A stretch of DNA of 64,000 nucleotides, from positions 352,001-416,000 of the forward strand of contig OZ244587.1 of NCBI GenBank assembly GCA_965218095.1. The letters run 5' to 3'. The translations under genes were made by a program, and so were the position numbers. The stretch is from Candidatus Poribacteria bacterium (GTDB lineage: Bacteria; Poribacteria; WGA-4E; PCPOR2b). Shown here piece after piece: positions 19,678-30,094 of the stretch. The first letter of the stretch is position 1. Every line of letters starts with the position of its first letter. The notes beneath the pieces are model-generated. The model ran no database searches. It was not told where the DNA came from and was given only the letters and a program-made list of their open reading frames with translations.

Positions 19678-19914
19678 ATGAATCAGAAATTTGAGCAGAG
19701 TCCGAAACTTGAAAAGTGGCTCAGATGGATGGGGATTATTCACAACGAGATTCTGTATCTTCTTCGGGATGCGAACATGTTTTGGGAAGTCCAAGACATC
19801 ATCCGTGAGAATCTACATATTCAAAAGCCCAGTGCTTTCTATCGTTATCTTGCGAAGACTTATTTTTCTCATGCTCAGGAGGTTTACATTGAAAACCAAA
19901 CAACCTCGATCTGA
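19678..19914 (+). pseudogene. Truncated hypothetical gene (AbiU2/HEPN-like N-terminus)
   Basis: GAGGAGG RBS and a helical N-terminus that ends abruptly near the IS5 pair; family call is tentative. Confidence 0.4.
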
Positions 19915-20041
19915 AGGTGTTAGAAGAATTGTTTTAACCTGTTCAGTTGTGTTATCTGTGTCATGGGTGTTATTGATGATTGTGACAATAGTATTTACGG
20001 GTTACCTTACAGCGTCCTATATTTTTATTACAGTTATTATT

Positions 20042-20825
20042 GGTTCTGTTGACATTTCATCGTAACCAGATAATCGCAGCAACGAAACTCAGAAACCCCA
20101 AATAGCGACCCGCCAACTTATCAAAACGACTGAAGATACGCCTATAGTGCTTGATTTTGTTGATGAAGTATTCCACCCGATGTCTCTCTCGGTACAGATG
20201 CGTATCATAGTCTCGTGACTCACGGTGGTTGATACGGGGACGAATCACTAGCTCTGCACCCATACGGATTATCAACTGCACCAATGAATCCGCGTCATAC
20301 GCTGAGTCGGCTATCACATACTCACTGCTATACCCTTCCGCACAAGTCATGGCGTGGCGTTGTCCAGCCGTCAGCGCAAAACGTAATGGATTGCCTAAGC
20401 CATCAACCGTGATGTGAATTTTGGTTGAAAATCCACCCACACTACGTCCGAGTGCCTGTGAGGCTTGACCACCACTTGTTTTCAAAGCCCCTGCAGCACA
20501 GGGGTGAGCGTGGATGATGGTACTGTCACCATATCTGGGTCGTTGACAAAGTGTTGATGCAACCGTTGGAAGATGCCTTTATCGCACCAGCGAGCGAATC
20601 GTTTATAGACGCTGTTCCAACTGCCGTACTCTTTTGGTAGGAGTCGCCATTGACTACCACTACGAGTTATCCAAAGCACTGCTTGGACAAAACGTTTTAA
20701 GTTCGCTTGCTGTCCGGTGTAGACATCGGAACAGGTTTGCAGGAATGCTGCTATTTTTGACCATTGATTATCGGATAAGGTAAGTGTTGACATATCGTTA
20801 TTATGCCATAAATGTCAATACGGAC
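20042..20825 (-). mobile_element. IS5-family (IS427-like) element, internally deleted
   Basis: TIR GGTTCTGTTGACATTT with a degenerate partner at 20810-20825. QWRLLP, SVYKRFARW, GGFSTKIH, ADSAYD; frameshifting deletion near 20525. Confidence 0.9.
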
Positions 20826-20827
20826 TA

Positions 20828-21664
20828 GGTTCTGTTGACATTTGAGTATAAGGTTGTGGCATAATAGAAGAATGATGCCAATAACCTTACCCGATGACCA
20901 ATGGAAAAAGATATACTCGTTTCTTCTAACTTGTCCCAACATCTATGTTGGCAACGAAGCGACAACACGCCGCTTTATCGAAACTGTTCTCTGGGCGACC
21001 CGTAGCGGTGCTCAATGGCGGATTCTGCCAGACACCTATAGTAAATGGAACACCCTCTATAAGCGTTTTGCTCGGTGGTGCGACAAAGGGGTCTTCACAC
21101 AGATCCACCACCACTTCGCCGCCGACCCCGATATCGAGTCGCTTATTGTGGACAGTACAATCATTCGAGCGCACCCGTGTGCGGCGGGTGCCTTAAAAAA
21201 AAGGGTGGCACTGAAAACCAAGCGTTAGGCCGCTCTCGCGGGGGATTCAGTACAAAAATTCACATCACCGTTGACGGCCTGGGTAATCCCCTAAGAATAC
21301 ATCTGACGCCCGGTCAAAGAAACGACATAGCGGAAGCAGAAGCGTTGATACTTGGATATAAAAGCGAGTATGTGATTGGAGACAAGGGATATAACTCCGA
21401 CAATTTTATCGCGGTTATTGAGGCGAATGGAGCGATTGCGGTGATACCGCCAAAAAGTCATCGTGTGGATCAAAGAGATTACGACAAACATCTGTACAAA
21501 GAGAGACATCGGGTTGAATGTTTCATTAACAAGATAAAATGGTAAACAAGATAAAATGGTATCGCCGCATCTTCTCTCGGTTCGAGAAGTTAGCTATCCG
21601 TTATTTTGGATTTCTCAGCTTTGTCTCCACTCTTATATGGCTCCCTTGAAATGTCAACAGAACC
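20828..21664 (+). mobile_element. IS5-family (IS427-like) element
   Basis: Perfect 16-bp TIRs GGTTCTGTTGACATTT/AAATGTCAACAGAACC flanked by TA. orfA/orfB joined at an A8 run (about 21195); a 17-bp duplication at 21528-21561 truncates orfB. Confidence 0.93.
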
Positions 21665-21878
21665 TAGTGCTATCTTATCCTTATACCACACGCTATATCC
21701 AAATTTGTATACTGGATAAGAGACGGTTTTAGCCAAAACAAAAACAGATAATGCAGCCTTCTTAGTCCCGGTTTATCGGGGTGACAGCGGAGAGCCGCAG
21801 CTTTCGGCAAACCCCGCCGTGCTCGTCCGATTCATCGGACAACTGAACTTGGGTCGTTAGCATATAAATGGAGGATAT

Positions 21879-22268
21879 ATGTTTTTTACATTACTGTTAG
21901 TCACATTCGTCTTAGCGGCTGTTGTCTCATTTTGGGTTGTGAAGGTCTTTGATAAGCCAATATCCACCATCTTTAGACGCATCATTCAGGACGAGATCAG
22001 CAGTGCGTGGCATAAGTATGTGAAATTTGCTGCTTATGTGGTTGGTATTTCCGGTGGCGTGAGAATACATCAGCTAGAAAGATATATAAGTGCACCCGCC
22101 AAAGATTCTCAGATTTTAGAGTTGAATGATAAGCGATGGACACTAGAGGTATATCGAACCATCATTGAAACCCTTCAAGCGATTGCTTGGCTGTACTTAG
22201 TGGTATTTATATTTGCCTTAATTGCATACGTTATCGTTAGGGCTTTTGAGTTAAGGAGTCCTAAATAG
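21879..22268 (+). CDS. Hypothetical three-TM membrane protein (cassette-like)
   Basis: GGAGG RBS, AT-rich, preceded by CAACTGAAC..GTTAGCA and followed by CTCTAAC. Confidence 0.85.
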   Translation: MFFTLLLVTFVLAAVVSFWVVKVFDKPISTIFRRIIQDEISSAWHKYVKFAAYVVGISGGVRIHQLERYISAPAKDSQILELNDKRWTLEVYRTIIETLQAIAWLYLVVFIFALIAYVIVRAFELRSPK

Positions 22269-22340
22269 CAAATGCCCTCTAACAAGCGCGGTAAGCGGGG
22301 CTAACCTTCCGTAGAAAGGAATTTACGGTTATAATTACCT

Positions 22341-22922
22341 ATGGACTTACAACAGATTAACATCAAAGTCTTCGTCACAGAGGACAGTCGTATCAATTAC
22401 GAAAATTTTATCAAGGTTTTCAACAGGTGGATGGCAGAAGCAGACCAGGATGACTACCTGAACTACGCCGACTACTCCTTTACACATGCCGGGCCCGGCG
22501 TTTTGTTAATTTCCAAGAGCGTAAATTATAGCATTGATAACGCCCAAAACCGTCACGGTTTTCTCTACAACCGGAAGCACAAAGTGGAGGGGGATAATCG
22601 TGAGAAGATTCATCAGGCATTCATTGAAACGCTCAAAAGATGTTGCCGCTTGGAAGAAGCTGAAGAACTGGAGAACGAGATACATCTAAACGGGGATGAA
22701 ATCCTGTTTATGATTAATAACCGGCATATTGCGCTGAATACCCAAGAGGTGTTTGAGGCGATTCAACCAGACCTAACTCCCGTGCTTGAGCGGCTGTACG
22801 GTGGGGACAATTTCACACTTGAACGTCCATCTGAAGATGTACGAGAACGGTTCGCGGTTCAAATTTCTGCGCGTTCAAACAAAGGAATTTCAGATCTTCT
22901 GGCGAACTTGGAAAATCACTAG
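22341..22922 (+). CDS. Conserved hypothetical protein
   Basis: 193-aa ORF (ADYS..HAGPGVLLI), co-oriented with the MoeB/ThiF gene. Confidence 0.8.
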   Translation: MDLQQINIKVFVTEDSRINYENFIKVFNRWMAEADQDDYLNYADYSFTHAGPGVLLISKSVNYSIDNAQNRHGFLYNRKHKVEGDNREKIHQAFIETLKRCCRLEEAEELENEIHLNGDEILFMINNRHIALNTQEVFEAIQPDLTPVLERLYGGDNFTLERPSEDVRERFAVQISARSNKGISDLLANLENH

Positions 22923-22959
22923 AATCAATTCTTGCGGTTCACAACGAGGGAATTTTTAG

Positions 22960-23766
22960 ATGTACAATTTCAGTAATGAACAAATTGAGCGATATAGTCG
23001 GCACATCATCCTCAAAGAGGTCGGGGGGATGGGGCAAACCAGGCTGCTTGAGTCGAAGGTTCTTCTCATCGGTGCAGGTGGACTTGGGTCGCCTGCTGGG
23101 CTTTATCTAGCCGCTGCCGGCGTCGGAACACTCGGAATCGTTGACGACGATGTTGTGGATGTGAGCAATCTCCAACGTCAGATTCTGCATGGGACGAGTG
23201 ATGTTGGCCGGCCGAAAACAGAATCGGCGAAGGACACAATTGCCGACATCAACCCCGATGTCAACGTCATCACGCATCCCGAGAAGATTATCTCAGAAAA
23301 TGCCTTTGAAATCCTTGAGGGTTACGACCTAATTGTTGATGGGTGTGATAATTTGCCGACCCGCTATCTGCTCAATGACGCCAGTGTGATGCTTGGCAAA
23401 CCAATTGTGCATGGCAGCATCTTTCAGTTTGAAGGACAGGTGACGGTCTTCTATCCAAGCAAAGGCCCCTGTTATCGCTGCCTTTACCCTGTGCCGCCAC
23501 CGCCCGATATGGTGCCAAGTTGTCAAGAAGCAGGTGTACTCGGTGTGTTACCGGGCATCGTCGGAAATGTGCAAGCCGTTGAAGCAATTAAAGTCTTGCT
23601 CGACATTGGTGATCCGCTTATTGGTGAACTCCTCTTATTTAATGCTTTATCAATGGATTTCAAAAAACTCAAACTTCGCCAAGATTCGGAATGTCCCGTC
23701 TGCGGTGAAAACCCAACCATCCATGAATTGATTGACTATGAGGAGTTTTGTCAGGTGCGTTGGTAA
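22960..23766 (+). CDS. moeB: MoeB/ThiF-family adenylyltransferase (no rhodanese domain)
   Basis: RYSRHI, IGAGGLG, SNLQRQ, DGCDN, CYRC and CPVC zinc ligands. Confidence 0.92.
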   Translation: MYNFSNEQIERYSRHIILKEVGGMGQTRLLESKVLLIGAGGLGSPAGLYLAAAGVGTLGIVDDDVVDVSNLQRQILHGTSDVGRPKTESAKDTIADINPDVNVITHPEKIISENAFEILEGYDLIVDGCDNLPTRYLLNDASVMLGKPIVHGSIFQFEGQVTVFYPSKGPCYRCLYPVPPPPDMVPSCQEAGVLGVLPGIVGNVQAVEAIKVLLDIGDPLIGELLLFNALSMDFKKLKLRQDSECPVCGENPTIHELIDYEEFCQVRW

Positions 23767-23789
23767 GCATCGATTATACAAGACACAAG

Positions 23790-23833
23790 AAAAGACCCAG
23801 GACGCTTGAGTGGCGAATCCTGGGTCTTTTTTT
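23790..23833 (+). terminator. Rho-independent terminator
   Basis: AAGACCCAGGA...TCCTGGGTCTT followed by a T run. Confidence 0.85.
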
Positions 23834-24220
23834 GTCTGAGATAATCATGCAGATGGGTGAAGCGCGCCAACAACAGTCGTTATGTGCTACGCCATACGTT
23901 TTATGGATTATACCTTGCTAAAATAATGTAGCCAACGAAATAACCTTCAACACATGGCCTCCATGAAAGGGCTTGAATATGCCACACATCTATTATCTGC
24001 CTGACGAAAGGAAAGTTGAAACTCAGCCGAACGAAACTATTCTCTATACCTCGTTGTGGACGGACTGATGGCGCTCTTCGGGATCGAGGATTCCACTTAA
24101 ACAGCGTTGAGCGCAGTGATGCACTGGGGATGCCGCAATCGCACTTTTCGGGGTTGACTTCCTCCGGGACGTGTGATAGCATAGACTTCCGATTTCCGTT
24201 TCACGAAAAGGAGGCAACCG

Positions 24221-25384
24221 ATGAGTCAATCATGGACTCGCAGTGATAACGAAGTTCTTGCCACGCTGCAAGATGTTGTGGCGATTGAGAGCGTTAATGT
24301 CGATTTACCCGGCGGGGGACGCGGAGAAGTCGGTATGGTCGAATATCTCGCCAATTTCTTCAGCGCCGCTGGCATCCCTTACCAGACAGACGAAGTTCTG
24401 CCGGGACGAAGCAACATCATTGCCATGCTGGAGGGTCAAAACCCCGACCGGGTGTTACTATTTGAGTGTCACATGGACACCGCTTCCGTCGGCGTCATGA
24501 CGATTCCACCATTTGAACCACACATCCGCGACGGTTTGCTCTACGGGCGCGGGGCGTGCGACACCAAGGCCGGTGGGGTGGCGATGATGCACGCGATGAA
24601 GCGCCTGAAGGAGGCAGGGATCAAGCCACCGTGCACGGTCAAGTATGCAGGCGCCGTGGACGAAGAGTATCTCTTTCGCGGCGCGCGGCGCCTGGCAGCA
24701 ACCATCAAAGCAGACACAGTAGTCGTCTCTGAACCGACCGAACTGGTGGTCATCCGGGCGCACAAAGGGGTGGCGCGCTTTCGTATCGTCGTCAAGGGCG
24801 TTGCCGCACACAGTTCCAAACCATACCTCGGCGTCAACGCCATCTCCAAAATGGTTCGCCTCATTTGCGCGATCGAGGACGAAATCGCACCGACATACGC
24901 CGGCAAAACTCATCCGCTCACCGGGAGCGCAACCCTCAGTATCGGCGTTATTTCTGGCGGCGTACAGGTCAATTTCGTGCCAGACGAATGTGTCATTGAA
25001 GTTGACCGCCGTACTATCCCCGGCGAGACAACAGAGGAAGCCCTGGCACCCTTCCGAGAACGTTTAGCTCGCGCACAGGCAGCGGACCCGGATTTAAACG
25101 TGACGATGGAAGAGCCGTTTCTGGCGGATAACGCGATGGACACACCTGAAGATGCACACATCGTGCAGGTCGCCGTCAATGTCTGTCAATCCGTTTTAGG
25201 CAAGTCGGAGATCACGGGCGTTCCTTATGGCACCGATGCTAGCAAGTTCACCGATGTCAGTATCCCCGCTATCGTCTTCGGCCCCGGCAGCATTGACCAA
25301 GCACACGCCGCGGTCGAGTGGGTTGAGTGTGAGCAGGTCTTGAAGGCAGTCGATATTTATCAGCGGATGATGATGGAATTTTAG
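24221..25384 (+). CDS. M20 ArgE/DapE-family deacylase
   Basis: CHMDT, LYGRGACDTKAG, VDEE, SEPT, AAHSS, GTDA, FGPGSIDQAH. Confidence 0.93.
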   Translation: MSQSWTRSDNEVLATLQDVVAIESVNVDLPGGGRGEVGMVEYLANFFSAAGIPYQTDEVLPGRSNIIAMLEGQNPDRVLLFECHMDTASVGVMTIPPFEPHIRDGLLYGRGACDTKAGGVAMMHAMKRLKEAGIKPPCTVKYAGAVDEEYLFRGARRLAATIKADTVVVSEPTELVVIRAHKGVARFRIVVKGVAAHSSKPYLGVNAISKMVRLICAIEDEIAPTYAGKTHPLTGSATLSIGVISGGVQVNFVPDECVIEVDRRTIPGETTEEALAPFRERLARAQAADPDLNVTMEEPFLADNAMDTPEDAHIVQVAVNVCQSVLGKSEITGVPYGTDASKFTDVSIPAIVFGPGSIDQAHAAVEWVECEQVLKAVDIYQRMMMEF

Positions 25385-25658
25385 GAATTGGTGGGTAGTA
25401 AGTGGTGAATGTGGTGCAGGAACTGTAACCCAAGGAGCAACGAATGACAGAGCAAGATGTATAACGAGGGAGCGGGTTCTCGAAAGTGTAATTCAAGGAT
25501 CGCTTGAATAGAGAAAAAATTCCGCCTCTGGAAAACAGGAAGGGGTCATACACGCCTTAATCGTCCAAAGCCAAGTATAAACTCAATTAAATTTGTCTTT
25601 CATATTATCAATATGTTAAAATACAATTAACACAAATAAATCCATGCGAGGCGATAAT

Positions 25659-28600
25659 ATGGAACTCCTGCAAGAACTCAACGAGAAACAACAGCAAGCC
25701 GCAGCACACATCAACGGCGCTATCCTTGTTGTGGCGGGGCCCGGCACCGGCAAAACGAAGGTCATCACCCACCGAATCGCACACCTCATCCGCAACCATC
25801 AGGTTGCGCCGCAACAGATCTTCGCCGTCACCTTTACGAACAAAGCCGCACAGGAGATGCTTGAGCGAATTAAAGATTTGCTCGGCACGACACAAGGACT
25901 GGACGTCCGCATCCACACCTTCCACGCCTTCTGTGTGCGCCTGCTCCGTGAACACGCGGAGGAGATCGGCCTGAGCAAAAATTTCGCAATCTTCGATCAG
26001 GAGACGCAGGACGAGGTGCTGATCGAGTGCCTGCGAGGACTCCGGCAGAATCGGCTCGACTATCCCCCGTGGATGCTGCGCGACATCATCAGCGCATACA
26101 AGGTGAAGTTGGAGGATGCAACCGCTGACCGGGACGAGCTCCGCATGGGCGATGGTACGCTTATCAACGATTCAGAACAAATCCGAAACATCGTGGATCT
26201 ACTCAAAGCCTACCGGACAAAACTCGCTGACCATAACGCGCTCGATTTCGATGACCTAATCTCCAGGTCGGTCGAAGTGCTTGAACAGGCGCCCGCGGTC
26301 TGTGCGAAATACCACAACGACATCCGCTTCATTCTCGTCGATGAATACCAGGACATCAACGCCGCACAATATGCTTTGCTAGAACTCCTCTCCCGTTCGC
26401 CGCAACATAATGTGATGGTCGTCGCCGATGAAGATCAATCCATCTATAGCTGGCGTGGTTCTAGCCCAAAATATATCAAGCAATTCAAAGCAGACTTCAA
26501 CCCAACGGTGGTGGAGTTAGAGGAGCATTATCGGTGCAGCGAGAAGATCTTGCGAGCAGCGCAAGCGGTGATCGCCAGAAATACACGCCAGAAAGAAAGC
26601 ATCTTGAAAACGCACAAGGACGCTGGGAACACAATCTACCACTACATGCTAGATACCCCTGATGCAGAAGCTAACCACGTCATTACGCTCATCCGTAAAC
26701 TTGTGGAAGGGCGACACTGCTCCTACGGTCACATTGCAGTCTTCTACCGCACCCACCAATTGGCAGAGGCGTTAGTGGATCGGCTGCACCAGGAGCGCGT
26801 TCAATTTCAGCGCGTCGGGCGAACCAACTCCTTTCAGGAAGAGCACGCACAAGGGATTATCTCCTATCTGAACTTCATCCAGTGGCGTCTCCCCCGCGAT
26901 ATTGAAAAGGCGATCAATTTCCCGCAGCAGTTAATCGACGATCTGACGCTCGTTCGGCTGAAGTGGCTTGCGCAGCGCAACGGCATCACGCTGGTTGAAC
27001 TGCTTAGAAAGATTGATGACTACCCCGAAGATGTAGGCCCCCTCACTCGCTGGAATGTGCGTCAATTCTTCCAGCAGATTGATGAATTTCACGGGCAAAT
27101 TGAGGGCGAGCAGATCCACACAATCGCCGTCAAGCTCTTCAATCTCCTTGGCCATCGACGCAGCTCGTATCAATCGGAAGACATCCATGAAATTGAGAAC
27201 CAACCCGAAATCCCCGGGCTTCGCGCCGCAACGGATGCCATGTATAGTGCGATTGACCGTGGGGAACCGATTCAGCTCGTCGCAAGTTACGGCATTGATT
27301 TCTATTGCGCTGCCCATATCATCCGGGGGACGCTAGAGCGATACCTAGATCTAACGATTTATACCGATCTGCTGCCTCCCGATTCGCTTCTGACGCCGAT
27401 AACCAACGAGAGTCGGATCAATATCCTGATCGGGGACTTCGCGGACATACCTGACCCTGAAGGGACGACAATCCTGCTCGGATCCACGACCGAAGCAAAT
27501 GCAAACGTAATCCAACTCAACGAATCACTACTCACTCAATCCCACAGCGTCACTGCGTTGAAGCTGTGCCAGCGACTGTTAAGTTACTTTGAAACGCCGA
27601 ACCTCGCGGATATGATCGTCTATGACCTCGAAACGATCGGCACTGACCCCAGAAGTGCAGAAATCATTGAAGTTGGTGCAAAGCATTTGAGCGCAATCGG
27701 CAGTGAGCTTGAACGGTACTACCAACTGGTCAAGCCGATGAACAAAATTCCAAAATCGAGCACGCAGGTCCACGGCATTGACAATCAGACCGTTGCGAAT
27801 GAGCCGGACATTGAAACCGTCTTGCCACAGTTCTTGAGTTTCATCCAGGATCGCATCCTCATTGGACACAACATCGCCGAATTTGATAACCTCGTCCTTG
27901 AACGCGACCTCGGACGTTATTTGGGACGTGGACTCGCCAATCCCTATTACGATACCCTTGTCACCGCGCAGCGCCTCTACTCGCGCGAAAGTTGCAACCT
28001 AGGAGCCCTGTCGGGCAAATTCAACATCGAACACGACACCATGCACCGGGCGATTGAGGATGTACGGGTTACCCAGCGTGTGTTTGAAGAATTGATCAAA
28101 GAAGACCTCCGTCGCTGCGAAGTGAGATCACTGACTAAACTTCTGCCGCTTGTAGGGGTTGGAATCCTCGCAACCCAGGTAGGACAGAACCACGGAATGG
28201 AAGAATGGCAAGAAGGAAGAATGGGAGGAGGGTTGCAGACCTTTTACCAGGCGGCTGCACGTTATGTGCAGACGCACCAACCGGATCTGGATTGGCTCTT
28301 GACAGATCTACAACCGACGGAGAGGCAATGGGTGACAGAGTTCATTGATAAACTGGCTCGGACGCAGATTGATGAGTCGCCGGAAGATAGGGATTGGGAA
28401 GCCAGACGCGCACGATTCATGAATGGCGTTCTACATTTCGCGACAAACAGCAATCAAAAGCGCCTTGCCAATTTTCTCGATTATCAGAAGTTGATCAATA
28501 GCGCCGATGAAACACAGATCGAAGCGGATAAGATTACATTGATGACGCTCCATGCCGCAAAGGGAACGGAATTTCCGATCGTGATTATCGTGGGGATGGA

Positions 28601-28823
28601 GGAGGGCACATTCCCGATTCGGCGCAAGGGTCAGCCGTTATCAGAGCTTGAGGAGGAACGGCGGCTGTTCTACGTCGGGATGACCCGCGCCCAAGAACGA
28701 CTTTATCTTACGTCCGTTACGCGCCGCAACAGTAACCGTGAGCGGGCAAGCTCAATGTTTATCCGCGAGATCCCATCGAACCTGATTGAACATTGGTATC
28801 GGGGAATGAGGCGTAAAACGTGA
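25659..28823 (+). CDS. UvrD/PcrA helicase with inserted RecJ-like segment and DEDDh exonuclease
   Basis: AGPGTGKT, VTFTNKAA, VDEYQD, TLHAAKGTEF, EEERRLFYVGMTRA. Internal YDLETIG, IGHNIAEFD, HRAIED. Confidence 0.93.
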   Translation: MELLQELNEKQQQAAAHINGAILVVAGPGTGKTKVITHRIAHLIRNHQVAPQQIFAVTFTNKAAQEMLERIKDLLGTTQGLDVRIHTFHAFCVRLLREHAEEIGLSKNFAIFDQETQDEVLIECLRGLRQNRLDYPPWMLRDIISAYKVKLEDATADRDELRMGDGTLINDSEQIRNIVDLLKAYRTKLADHNALDFDDLISRSVEVLEQAPAVCAKYHNDIRFILVDEYQDINAAQYALLELLSRSPQHNVMVVADEDQSIYSWRGSSPKYIKQFKADFNPTVVELEEHYRCSEKILRAAQAVIARNTRQKESILKTHKDAGNTIYHYMLDTPDAEANHVITLIRKLVEGRHCSYGHIAVFYRTHQLAEALVDRLHQERVQFQRVGRTNSFQEEHAQGIISYLNFIQWRLPRDIEKAINFPQQLIDDLTLVRLKWLAQRNGITLVELLRKIDDYPEDVGPLTRWNVRQFFQQIDEFHGQIEGEQIHTIAVKLFNLLGHRRSSYQSEDIHEIENQPEIPGLRAATDAMYSAIDRGEPIQLVASYGIDFYCAAHIIRGTLERYLDLTIYTDLLPPDSLLTPITNESRINILIGDFADIPDPEGTTILLGSTTEANANVIQLNESLLTQSHSVTALKLCQRLLSYFETPNLADMIVYDLETIGTDPRSAEIIEVGAKHLSAIGSELERYYQLVKPMNKIPKSSTQVHGIDNQTVANEPDIETVLPQFLSFIQDRILIGHNIAEFDNLVLERDLGRYLGRGLANPYYDTLVTAQRLYSRESCNLGALSGKFNIEHDTMHRAIEDVRVTQRVFEELIKEDLRRCEVRSLTKLLPLVGVGILATQVGQNHGMEEWQEGRMGGGLQTFYQAAARYVQTHQPDLDWLLTDLQPTERQWVTEFIDKLARTQIDESPEDRDWEARRARFMNGVLHFATNSNQKRLANFLDYQKLINSADETQIEADKITLMTLHAAKGTEFPIVIIVGMEEGTFPIRRKGQPLSELEEERRLFYVGMTRAQERLYLTSVTRRNSNRERASSMFIREIPSNLIEHWYRGMRRKT

Positions 28824-28836
28824 AATGTGAATCGTG

Positions 28837-28923
28837 GCTGATGAAGCAGAAGCAGCAGCGCAAGCTCAAGCACATCGTATCGCGAAGTTAGAGGCGGAAC
28901 TTGCGCGTCTGCGAGAGGCCTGA
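28837..28923 (+). pseudogene. Coiled-coil tail remnant resembling Uma2-family C-termini
   Basis: EAEAAAQAQAHRIAKLEAELARLREA* with no upstream body. Confidence 0.4.
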
Positions 28924-28947
28924 TTTGTCGCCTCATTCACTCTTCTC

Positions 28948-29880
28948 CTACAGCACAGTTAATAGGTTTTTGACATAGGCGACGGCCTTTGCCTCCAAGT
29001 TCTCACCTAGAAATCTCGGTTTGCCTAAATGCTCTGGATGGAGGATGCCCTGATAACCGGCATCGCGTAATGCGGCGCAGATAGCGGGGAAATCAACTCG
29101 TCCTTCGCCGGGAAGTACCTCCTGCCCGGCGGGCCATCGCTCCGAATGGTCTCGAAGTTGGCAGAAGTGAATCTTGCCTGCAAACTCTTTGACCAGTGCC
29201 GGCACGTCCCCACCGGGGATATCCATGCCGGTGCACAGCGTCACCCCGTTGTATAGGCTGGGGACGGCGCTGACCAATCGACGCAGTTCTTTCCACGTTC
29301 CCACCAAAAAGGGACCGCCCCAGCCATCAGCCATATAACTGCCGTAATCTTCAAGACAAACGCCTTCTGTGACCGCTCGTTTACGAATTCCGTCCGGCAA
29401 GAGGCGGTGGAGACTATGATTCCCAATGCCGACGCCGTTCGCTTCCGCCGCCGGAATCAACTCGCGGTAGATGTCGATGAGACCTTCCCAACACGCTTCT
29501 TCATCTCCAGTATCTATCGGCGCCCCGAGGTCAACGTAGTGCAGCACCGACGTGATGCTGACTTCCCCCAAAATTTCTATCATGCGCAGCATCGCATCGA
29601 TGCTGCGCCGGTCACGGTTCCACAAAATGTCTGGATTCGTTGAACCGCTCCGCCAGGGACGTGAGGGCCACTTGGCAAACCAGTATGTGGCGCTCGGTAC
29701 TTCGACGCCATTTTCTTCTAATCTGCCTTTGAATTCCCGAAGGCTGACTGCATCCGGATACCCATTTTCCTGATATCCGGGGAATGACCCGCAACTGATA
29801 AAGACGCGCTCGACGCCGAATTGTTTGCAGCGGTCAACGGTAGCTTGCACATCCGTCGATGCACCAATCCCAACTTTCAT
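28948..29880 (-). CDS. Mannonate dehydratase-like / sugar phosphate isomerase TIM barrel
   Basis: LIPAAEANGV, VPSLYNGVTLCTG, KIHFCQLRD, GEGRVDF, LHPEH. Confidence 0.82.
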   Translation of the reverse strand: MKVGIGASTDVQATVDRCKQFGVERVFISCGSFPGYQENGYPDAVSLREFKGRLEENGVEVPSATYWFAKWPSRPWRSGSTNPDILWNRDRRSIDAMLRMIEILGEVSITSVLHYVDLGAPIDTGDEEACWEGLIDIYRELIPAAEANGVGIGNHSLHRLLPDGIRKRAVTEGVCLEDYGSYMADGWGGPFLVGTWKELRRLVSAVPSLYNGVTLCTGMDIPGGDVPALVKEFAGKIHFCQLRDHSERWPAGQEVLPGEGRVDFPAICAALRDAGYQGILHPEHLGKPRFLGENLEAKAVAYVKNLLTVL

Positions 29881-30094
29881 GGGTTTCTCCATCTTTCTCA
29901 AGAGCTTTGAGCCAATGTTACTTAGAACTGCGGATCTCATAGGATTGCGCAGATGAATTATCCGTGAAATCCTATAAAATCTGCGGTTCTAAAGGGTCGG
30001 CAAAAGCTAACATATCGTCTATAAGCCAATTCTCAGTAACATTGGGCTTTGAGCCGATTTCAGCTATTCGCCTAGTCGGGACGACAATTTTCAC

